Below are positions 53,550 through 64,000 of a stretch of DNA of 64,000 nt, one piece after another; the first letter of the stretch is position 1; each line of letters starts with the position of its first letter. Location: NCBI RefSeq assembly GCF_009914755.1, contig NC_060937.1. The stretch is one strand, 5' to 3'. The translations under genes were made by a program, and so were the position numbers. The notes under the pieces were generated by a model. The model worked only from the letters and a program-made list of their open reading frames with translations. It had not been told where the DNA came from and searched no databases. Source of the DNA: the human T2T-CHM13v2.0 reference genome, Homo sapiens.

Positions 53550-55810
53550 CCTAATATTTTGATAGATGATAAAAGAAAAAATAAAATAATAAAAGTTATG
53601 AAAGGATAACATATGTCAGAATTATAAAAACTTACTAATGAGGTGATTGGGGAAAAAAATGAAGATTTAGAAAGAGAAAAGAAAAAGATAATTTGAAAAG
53701 AGAACACAGGAAAGAAATAAAATTAAAACAAATATACTTTGATAAATAAAGATTAAACTAGATGGAACACAAAAGAAAACAAACAGAACAGATAATACCT
53801 TGAGAAAAATCGAATAAGAGAAAGAGGAATGTTAAAAAGATAAAAAAGATGAAAGGAATTTGAAAGAAGGTGATGGAACAGATGCAATGAATATCCAAAA
53901 TACATATAATGCATTAATTAGAACAAATAATACAAACCATAATCTTAGAAAATGTTTTTGAAAAATTTAACAAAATTGTATTTTGTTAATTTAACAAAAC
54001 TTTCCTGAAATAAAAGACCCTTTGAAATTAATATTGAAAGGTTGCCTATCACACCTAGGAAAACTGATCCAGAATGGACTAAGGTAGACATATCCTAGTG
54101 AAGCTACTGGGCTTGAAAGAACAAAAACAGAAAAATTTTCAGCCTTCGAGGCAAAAAAAGAATTAAAAAGACCAAGTAGTTTATAAGGAAAGAAAATCAG
54201 ATTGCTACCAGACTTTTGCACAGCAATATTTTATGCCAAAACACAATAGAGTAATGTATTTTGAATCCTCAAGGAAAAAAAAAATGGAAGTCACAGCTTT
54301 TATTTGTAGCCAAACTGATTTTCAAGTATAAAAGTGTCAGACAAATTAATACAAATATGCAAGAATTCAGAGAAAATTCTTGTACCTTTCATAAGTAATG
54401 ATCCAGAGAACAAACTTCAGATATCTTTAAAGAATGGAGAGACATCAAAATTTAAAAAAACAAAATAAATAAACTAATGGTGACATTAAATATATATTTA
54501 CTCAGCTATGACTAATTGATATTTACAAGAGAGATAGCATAATATGCTATCTCTTAGAAATTCATGATGCTATTTCTATTCTATTGCTTAGAAATTCATG
54601 ATGCAAAACTAAGGTATAGATGCAAAACTAAGGTGAGAGTGGGAGTACATAAGAAAAATAGAATGTATGCTCTGTGCCTTATAGTTTAGATGAATAAAAC
54701 AGAATAGAATAAAGAAAAAAATAAAACATCAGGATAATCATACATAGTAACACTAAATATTATTTTGCAAAAGTTTTGTTTTTATTATATATAAATCTGT
54801 ACTGGGTCAATATGTAAAAATTATTGCTTGTGGGTTGTTGTTAAAATAATTTGCGAACCACCGTACTTGAGGACCTTGGACCTGAGACTTAAGAAGTCTT
54901 TTGTAGAATATCTGCAATGCATGTATTTTGGTAAATTTTCACAAAGTAGTTTTTCCTTCAGCTAAAATATTGATAATTTTGTAAGGGCAGCAATACCGAG
55001 GATATTGATTCTAAAAATTATCTAGAGTTCTACCATATTTCATCAACTCTAAGAGACATATTTTTTCACATTTTAACATCTGTGAAATCAGAATATTTTA
55101 CATTTACTGTGCCTTACAATTTACAGTGTCTTACAATTAGTTTCAGCACTTTCTTTTCTTCCTACATTACATAAATAATTACATTGTGATTCTCAGCCAA
55201 TGGCATCTTTGATATACAGACATTTTTGATATGGAGACATCTACTATTTTCCTGTTATCTGCACGATGGTTCATCACATGTTTTACCTGTGAAGGAGTTG
55301 CTGTCTTGTGGTCAAAGTAAAAATCTTGACTAGTACAATAGAAATCAATGTCACCTTGATCCCAAGGTAGTAAAAATTATAAATAGTTACTATTTGGAAT
55401 AAAAAAATACTTCCTAGTTATGTAACACTATAGATACAAGAAAATATTTTATCACTTACACTGTACTTTTTAGATCTATCTCCCAAAATTTAAAAGCTCA
55501 ACAGCTGAGATAGAAATATTTATAAATATGATTTATTGACTGTTTTATAAATGTTGGTCTTATAGAAATCAGATTACAAGCAAAGTAGAAATTTGAATAA
55601 AATTGAAAACAAACCTATGGTATTAATACCATTTATATCACTGGTGCTCAGTGACATTATATAAATTATTTCTGTGATGATAGTAAGCACAAAGAAACTT
55701 GATGACATTTTAAAACGTTGAATATGTTAATATAAATAAGAAGTATAACTGAGGGTACAATTACAACCATCATAGTTTTTTATATGATAATGTCATACTT
55801 TGTCAGTCAA

Positions 55811-56529
55811 TGTATGAGTCTGGGCCCAATCGGGAGACAAAAATCACACAGTAATTTAAGCAGGAGATGTTTAAAATGAAGAATTTTCCGTTGTGAGAGG
55901 AAAGCAGCTACAAAGATGTAAAGAGAACACTGAAGTGTACCCTAAAACAGAGGGAGCAGACGAAAGAAGGACGAACTTGGAAGGAGGGCCCTCTTCTCAA
56001 GGTCAAGGTTCAGATGTAATTGGAGAAAATATTATTGTAGCCCACTGGAGGGCAGAGAAGTTTACTGTATCACCAGAGGCTAGAAAAACTTGAAATAATC
56101 CTCGAGGGTGCAAGGGAGTCACAGCTAGCAGGAAGATGTGCAAAGTGTGTAGGAGAGCTGCTGCAGGTTAGAAGCCTGGAGCATGCAGTGTCAACATCGA
56201 GAGTCCTGCAGGAAGCGGGTCACCTGGCCCAGGCCAAGGATACAAGGTAGTTCCAGGAACTACACACACTGGTCGCATGGTCCAGCAGAGGAGCACTGCA
56301 TGTCTTTCCACCACTGACTAACCAGGCAGCAGAAGCAAGAATGAAAATACACACAGGAACCAGGAAAAGTTAACTTCTTCCTGCAATTTCCCTCCCACAC
56401 CCACTGGCTAAATTTACAACATGCTCTCAAAAAGAAAAAAAAAACCATCAAGGGTTCAATATAGACCCTGAGAACAGATATTCAAGGGTGAATTTGGAGC
56501 TGAGAGGCGATAAATGAATGACTGGCACA
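55811..56529 (-). mobile_element. LTR41-like ERVL solo LTR
   Basis: Minus strand starts tgtgccagtcattcatttatcgcctctcagctccaaattcaccc and ends ...gggcccagactcataca. Confidence 0.6.
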
Positions 56530-56686
56530 GCAAGCAATCAAACGTATCTTTGAAGTATCCGCTTTAAGAAAGGCCTTGTAAACCCTGGGTTAGGTACTAA
56601 GAAAAACATTATAATTGGGAAGCTGTACGGTATAGCAGGAAGAGAGGAATAGATGGGAGAGAAATGGGTGTAAAGAATTATACTCG

Positions 56687-56849
56687 GGCTGGGAACAATG
56701 GCTCCTGCCTGTAATTCAGCACTTTGGGAGCCCAAGGCAGAAGGATCACTTGAGCCAGGGAGGTCAAGGCTGCAGTAAGCTGTGATTGTGTGCCCCTGCA
56801 CTCCAGCCTGGGTGACAAAGCAACTCCATCTCAAATAAACAAACAAAAG
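56687..56849 (+). mobile_element. Alu monomer (FAM/FRAM-like)
   Basis: Single ~150-nt arm plus A-rich tail; TSD-like aaagaatta. Confidence 0.8.
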
Positions 56850-59800
56850 AATTAACAGACTTACCAAGTGTCCCAAAGGTAGTGAATATCAGAGGATTGC
56901 ATTTTAAATTCTTAGAAATTCATGACTAGCACTATGGTACTTAACCTGGCATTGAAATTAGACTACAGCTGTCTCAGAGTCCCATGACTTGAAAACGTGT
57001 TGCAAATTGCAAGTGACTATCAGCAAACAATTAAGAGTATACTCTATGAGTCTAGCATCTTTGTAAATCGTAGAGACAGTAGCTACTTCCTTCTTCTGCA
57101 ATTGTGCTAGAGAATCCCCATCTTCTTCCTGCTCTACACACACCTCCCCGCCCCCTACACACACACAAACTTCCAGGGCACAAAAGTGTTGTCTATCCTG
57201 GAAACTTCCTGGGTCTATCTGTGAGCATCTTTAAACCTTATAAAAACAACCCTTGGCTAACTTTTTAAATTTTAAATATTGTTTTAAGTTTTTTAAAGTT
57301 TAAAATAAACCTTTTTAAGCTAAAAGAGTTAATATACATCAATTTTACAAAGAATTGACAGAGAATACAAGAGCAAAATTTGACAATTCCCAAATAATTC
57401 TGTTTGCTATGTATTGGTATGCCTGCTATTTTTCCCGAGTCAATGAGTTCTTTCCTTGTTTAAATAATTTTTAATGTCATATAATTAATTTCAGACAATC
57501 CAGATAGCCTTTCAAACTTATGTACAGCAGAACAAACTTTAGTTCTGCTCACAACACACTGCTCTAAGTATTAAAATATGTCTAAGGGCTGAACATAAGA
57601 GAATTATGGCCAAAAAAAAACCCAATTCTTGAGAAAAGATATTTTCTCAAGAAACTATCACCATCAACTGTGAGTTTGTTGATATTTTTAAAATCTTTCC
57701 TTGGGTATTTATGGTACAATTTAATTTTAATTGTCGTGGCACTCATTTTGCCATTGGGAATGTGATGTATTTCCCGTGCTTTTCTTCTCTGTGGTTCCCT
57801 GTGTAGCCATTTCACTGTTACTGAATACCACCACCAGAGGGTAGGCAGGATAAGGGCAAATCAGTGAAACCAAAAATTGCTACTTGAAAGCGGCTGTGGC
57901 AAAAATTTCAGAAAGTAGCTGAGACGACTCACTATTAATTAGAGTCTCTGCTGGTCCAGTGGACAACAGCAGAAATAATTTACAAATGTATGGTCTTCAG
58001 AATCTTCCTTTTAATGAATGAGCATGATCATGACAGTGAAGAGAAAGGAACGAAGAGCCTATTTTTCTGCTGCTTCTCTTTCCTTCTGCATGATATTTCT
58101 TTCAAATCTGCCTAAATCATACATCTCACGCTTGATGCAATTTACAATAACAGCAAACTCTAATAAAGCAAGTTTTCTCAATTATTTGAAATCAAATGGC
58201 TTTTTTAAATCCTGGGAATCTAAATACGGGAAGCATTTCATATGGGATTTTCTTGGAAGGATTTTTTTTTAATAAGCATTTTGTTTTGTTTTGTTTTGTT
58301 TTAAATCCCACTGGTTAACACTTGAAGAACAATTTCCTGTGGTGTCTCTGTAAAGCTGCAAATGCCACGTCAGTGAGAGCCAGACTGTAATATGGACCGT
58401 GTGGTATGGGTAATAATTGATGAAACGAAAATGGCCCTTTCAGAGAATATTATATATAAAAAAGCCCACACATTCAATGGGACTAAGATCATTACCACTG
58501 AGCAAGAGGAAAAACTCCACCTGTACAAACTAGAAACAAGTGAAGTTTGAAAATAAAAACTTAGTAAGAGTAGTCAAAGGACACAAGTAGGTCCTTGGGG
58601 AAAAAAAAAAGAGCTATTCAGTCATCCTCTCCTTTGGTTTCTGCAGATGCTTCTCAACCCATCCTGACATGGAGGGATTGTGCCTCACTCCTATCTGCAG
58701 ATCCACTTAGATTTTCAGGTAAATACAATGTTAAGATATTTGTTATTGAAGGATGATAGCTCCTTTTTAAGTCATTTTTTAAATTTTTGCAAATTGTTAC
58801 CATGGCAAATTTCGATTTTGTTGAAATGGCAAATAAAATATTCTCTCATAATCAAATGTGTAGGGTTTTACAGGAAGCTTTTTTCCCTTTTCAGATAAAC
58901 CCAAATATTTGCAACTGAGACAAAATAACAACAAATAACTCAATATAGTCCCTCAACTACTTACACTGTATAAAATTTTCTAAGGCATCTCTGATTTTAA
59001 AGCTGGTGTATTTAGTACCATATCCTATGTCTGAGTTAAACCACATTTGGGGACTAAAATATCTTTTTTCAATCATTTAAGTTCTCTAAACTTCAGAATC
59101 ACTATTAATTCTGAATAGATTAGTTCTGATCATTCTGGGCAAACAAACTTTTCAATTATAACCTATTTTCATTAGCATTATTTGAGGAGTTTAGGCAATA
59201 TTGTTTAAGGTGAAAACCATTAGGAATATAATTCCCGAACATACAGATGTAAGAATTTTAAAATATAAGTTAGACATGGTTTCTTGATGTATAATACAGT
59301 TCTCACTTTTGTTTGTGTGTGCCCACAACTTAAGAGTCTGTAAACTTTTTAAAAAATTATTTTAAAGCATATCTATTGTGGATCATGGTGAGAGAAGTGG
59401 GTGCAGATCTACATGGTTATATTACTTTGGATCATGAAGAAAATGCAGTTTTAAAAGGGTTTTTTTTTTGTGCAACCCTATTCAGAAGAAAACATTTAGG
59501 TTGGGTTTATATGCACAACATGCTTCACCCTTTTCTTGACTATTAAAACCACTAATTAGCAGCTGTTCAATTCCTTAAAATAGTCAAGCTGTGCATGCTG
59601 TAGCTAAGGACAGAATGCACAAGTAAAAGAAAACAAGTAGTAAAACTATTGTTTCCCTTTTAAAAGATAATTGTTCAATAGGATCTTATGTCTTAATTCA
59701 TTGTCACAATGTGAGCCTGGGTACTACTAAGAAACAGTAAATTCCCAAATACTTGTCAAGCATAAACATGTTTTCTTTATACTATTACAAATGTTAGTAC

Positions 59801-60994
59801 AAAACAAAACTGAATAGCTGGAGTAACATTTATTGGCTGATTATATATAAATTAATAAATACTAACATTTATTCCATAGTTCCCATCGTTATTTTCAAAA
59901 TTCTATAGCAAAATAATAAATTCATGTTGAATTTTAGATTTATACAAAATAGGAAGAAATGGTTGAATTGGTTAAATAATCTCCTCATAGCTAGTAATTA
60001 ATAACTATTTTAAAATTAAGTATTATTTGCCAAATTCAAGGGCTATTACATTTTCAGAAATAATAGCATTTAATTATGTGTGCCAGAAATAACAATTAAG
60101 ATATATTTATAACAGAATACATTCTATTGATTTCAACTTGGTCATATAAAATATTTCCTTTCTCATTTTCTTGTAAGTTCTACATTTCTTGGAGTCACTT
60201 ATTTTTGTTAGCTTGGAAATTAGGATCAAAATACTGTATACCTAAAATATGTTGAAACTTGAAATTAAAAGTATTTGATAGGACAATGAAATTCAGCGTC
60301 TTTGGAATAAAGTGTCTTTTTCACATGTGGCAAATAAGTCACTGTGTCACAAATGATTTAAAAATATTTCCATAGTATAATTTAAAATAATAAGGAAATA
60401 AAAGTTGTTTGTTGTTTAAAATGTAAAACTTGCATATATTTTCATTTCTTAAATCACAAAACATCAAAAATAATTCACAGAATAGAGGGAATGTTACTTC
60501 AAGAAACTGTTAAATTAGAAAATGTATAATAGTCATAAAATGAAAGCAAAATAATTCTAGAATTAACAAAAATATTTTCAAGAAAATCTGTAGTCAACTG
60601 TTAATTGTATCCTATTATAGTTCTTACAAAATAAAGACAAAATGACTCCGGGTTGTGTTATAATACATACGGTATAGCATATATTCCAGGAATTTACCCT
60701 TCACACCAAGCAATTAAGTTCAAAGACCTAATTAAGAGAAACAAGAAAATGATTTCCTTTCGTTTTCAGGTCTACTACTTAGTTTTTCTTTATTTAGCCA
60801 ATATAAGCCAATATAAATTAACCTAAACAGAATCATACATATTCCCTGGCTTTCCTTTTCTTTTGGGGAATGTAAGCTTTAAAGGAAGTGCACATCAAGC
60901 TTCTTCTTTATACCAACTGCAGCCATTAAGCAGCATTTCAAGATATATATAAATCTACACATGCCTGTGTTGTTTTGAAAAGTTGAATTTAAAC

Positions 60995-61685
60995 ATCCAT
61001 ACACAGCTGGTGGGAGTGTAAACTGCTAAAACCAATGTGGGAAAATGATTTGACTTTACTTGGTAAAGTTTAGTATATCCATGCTATATGACCATCCCTG
61101 TGTATAATACTATAGGCTAGAGAAATTCTTCCACCTGAGCAGAAGAGGCATGTCCAACCTCATAGCGATGTTGCTCACAGTAGCAAAAAATATATAAATA
61201 AGTCAAAAGTCCAGTAACACTGGATAAGATAAGTAAACTGTGGCACATTTGTACACTGGAATGCTTTATGGAATGGAAAATCAATGAACTATAGTTATAG
61301 GTATCAGTGAAAAAGAATCTTAAAAAAAAAAACTAAATGTTAAATGAAAAACCAAGTAACAGAGGAATAGAATATGATTCCATTGATTTCAATTTCCAAA
61401 ACAGGCAAATGAAACAACAGATTGCTTAAGAAGACACCCAATGCGTTAAAATTATAAAGAAAAGTGAGGCAAGGATTAGCGCCAAATTCAGGGTACAGGC
61501 AACTCCTGGGTACTATGGGAAGGGACATAAGGTGGGAGGGTGTGCACTCAGCTGACTTCCAAGGTGCCTGTACTGTCTTTTCTCTCAAGGTGGATGACAG
61601 GCACACAAGATTTCAGTTTTTTTGGTTTTCGTTTTTTATAATGTTACTGGGTTTTCTTTATATGTACCATATTTCACAACATAAC
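60995..61685 (+). mobile_element. Old L1ME-like 3' end
   Basis: gctggtgggagtgtaaactg...aagtaaactgtggcacatt...atatgattccatt...aaaacaggcaaa. Confidence 0.7.
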
Positions 61686-62790
61686 AAAGATAATAACGAA
61701 ATCAAGTTAAGTCACATAACTATTAGCAAATTGCTGGTAATTTCTCATTAATTTCAAAACAATCTGTTGGCTAACTCTTTGTCTTCTCTCAACCAATAAA
61801 CAATCAAATGTGCAATAAAAGTGTGTGTGTTAAAGTTCAAAGCAAACCAAGAGACGCATCAATCCTAATATACAAAGAACTAAATCTAAGTGTTTCAGAG
61901 GCAAATTACAATACAGATAAGAGTTTAGGGGGGCAGTAGTTCTTAACAAAATTGCAGTGGATCTTAGCCAAGAAAAGACAGGAAGAATTTGAAGGATATA
62001 CATTGAGGATACATGTCAGACTGGTGGGGTAGAGTTTGACAAAGCCACCCCGCTCAGTTGTACTAGGCCCTTCAAAAGGGCGCAATTCTCTTCCTCGCCT
62101 TCTCCTTCACCTCCAGCAACCCTCAACTTTTGACTCTTAAGGTGGTCTGAAGGACACCTTTATATATATTTACGTTTACATTTTGTTATTTCAAATTGAA
62201 GAACCCAATCATCACATTCATTCACACACCTGCAACAAGCATTGATAGCCTAGGTGCCAGGCACCTTTCCGAATAAAGCAGTGAACAAAACAAACTAAAA
62301 CCTAAAATTCAAGAAATTCAAAAACATCTAAATGAAGTACAAGTCACTTATCTAATAGTATTAACACCATTGGTTAGTCTATTAATGGAAAAACACATCT
62401 ATGTATTTTAAGTTAAAACACGTAATGTTTACAAATACACATAGACATCCACATTTCATTCACCAATCTTTTGATATAGAGTCAAATCCTTTTCTTTAAA
62501 TATGAACCCATTGATTGGAATTCTACATCAGCTTTCTTACCTAAGCCATTCACATAATGCATTGTGTACAACTTCCAGGTTCAGTTTCTTTCAAGTGGAA
62601 CAAGAACTTAAGACTAGCTCAAAGTTACAATTAAAGACACTATAACCAGCTGAGAACTGACTTTTGGGTTTTCATAATTTTTTTCTCCACTGTCAGTCTC
62701 CCACAACTAGTTTAACAGTAATTTTATCACTTGCTTTTCAGAGAATATTCAAAAATATTCTATTTAGCTTCCCTATAAGTATCTATTTTC

Positions 62791-62793
<3 letters not shown>

Positions 62794-62832
<39 letters not shown>

Positions 62833-62900
62833 CTTTAAGTTTTAGGGTACATGTGCACAATGTGCAGGTTAGTTACATATGTATACATGTGACATGCTGG
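62794..62900 (-). mobile_element. Very short 5'-truncated young L1 (L1PA2/3-like) with (TAA)n tail
   Basis: tactttaagttttagggtacatgtgcacaatgtgcaggttagttacatatgtatacatg; perfect TSD tattttcttt. Confidence 0.92.
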
Positions 62901-63801
62901 TATTTTCTTTTGAAACTTATCTTGCATCATTTATATAATTTTTAATTAAATTATATAATTAAACTAACATCTAAAATGGACATAAACAGGTTTGGGAAGT
63001 AATACGATTTAAGGTTGTAACCCTAAGGTTGTTGATAAGTATATAACTCAACTACTCGGGTCAAAAATGCGCTGACTAACCTATCAGAGAGGAGTCCACT
63101 ATTCCTAAACACTCAGTGTCTTTGGCATCAGTCAGCCTATTTTATGAAAGAAATGGAAAGGTTCTGTTAACCCAGTATCAGTTAAGAAGAGGCAGGTTAT
63201 GAGAAAGAACAAGTACTATCAAAACAATAGCAACAACAATAAAGTGTTGTGGGCCAGGAAACACGCATTCTGGAGAACACTGTGGAAAGAAGATTCCTGC
63301 ATGGAAGATATTAACCTCTACAATTAAGTTGATATGCTGTTTGGGGGACTTAAATTCTGTCCTAAAACCTAGTTGCTTTTGGTGTGTGAACCGCTTTAAT
63401 AGGTGCAAAGTCCTCAGCACATTAAAGTTAGCAAGAAGAACGGCACTGTTTCCTTGGGTCCCAAGGAAGAGTGAATGGCTTTGATTAGCTACTGCAAGAA
63501 AATTAGTGTCAGAAACCTATTGGCATTGCCTTATTAAAAACTGTACATTGAAGAATGAAAACCCACGTCGTCCTAAACCACACTCTAAAAACCAGAACAT
63601 AGCCAAAAGCTAAGTTTCAAGTTTCACAATAGTCTTGTAGAGACGGCAGGGCTGATGCTCTTTTGTGCAGACATGTGGACCCCAAACAAAGGTTCATACT
63701 TGACACAGGGGTTGCTCCAGGCGGCACCAACCAGGGAACACGCAACAAAAAGAGGCCTGAGTGGGCCCAGAGGAGCAGAAGTGGAAGGGCTCTTGGCTCA
63801 C

Positions 63802-63920
63802 CGGTTCTGAGACAAACACTCTCTCCTTGTAATGGGCTGGGCAGCAGCAGGACACTCCCTGGCAAGCTGCAAGCCAGAGCTGGGGGTGACACCCCTGAGC
63901 ATGCTAGGGCTACGATTTCT
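63802..63920 (-). other. Candidate internal exon (119 nt)
   Basis: Minus strand has a tttaac branch-like site, gatttcttttcag acceptor and CCG|gtgag donor, in locally GC-richer unique sequence. No transcript evidence. Confidence 0.35.
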
Positions 63921-64000
63921 CTGAAAAGAAATCTATTTGGTTAAACAATAAAATTGTGAAATGCAAAAATAAAATAATAGAAATGAATATGCTGTTGATC

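Larger units (their letters stand above)
52500..54500 (+). mobile_element. Ancient L1M 5'/ORF1 region
   Basis: A-rich degenerate ORF1 motifs (aaaactttcctgaaataaaag; ataaggaaagaaaatcagattgctaccagactt; gtagccaaactgattttcaagtataaa). Confidence 0.65.

Noticed and set aside
53241-53612. Ile/Tyr-rich ORFs
   Set aside because: They are translations of TA repeats.

Overview
This is AT-rich primate (almost certainly human) intronic or intergenic DNA dominated by interspersed repeats. I found about 17 Alu elements or fragments, a large nested L1 block (6.3-13.8 kb), other old L1, L2 and MIR pieces, and many solo LTRs (LTR1, MER54, MER66, THE1, MST, MLT1, LTR33/41-like). DNA-transposon fossils include MER30, MER3, Zaphod/MER115, Tigger4, MER44, Tigger3a, MER58A, MER5A, MER2 and MER1A. 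The only gene I recognise is a near full-length processed pseudogene of cyclophilin A (PPIA) on the minus strand (16432-17185), broken by one 1-bp frameshift. There is no prokaryotic-type system (no CRISPR array, operon, tRNA or rRNA). The most unusual structure is a set of local templated-duplication scars: (1) a ~350-bp hairpin with 105-bp near-perfect arms around a (TA)-rich core at 53101-53448; (2) an iterated inverted templated insertion inside a MER54 LTR at 23321-23794; (3) two short dispersed direct duplications at 20397/21879 and 24881/25813; (4) several micro inverted triplications. Four well-formed but unverified exon candidates hint at a spliced transcript, probably non-coding. Repeat family names come from my memory of consensus sequences and need RepeatMasker/Dfam confirmation. 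Boundaries without target-site duplications (TSDs) are approximate.
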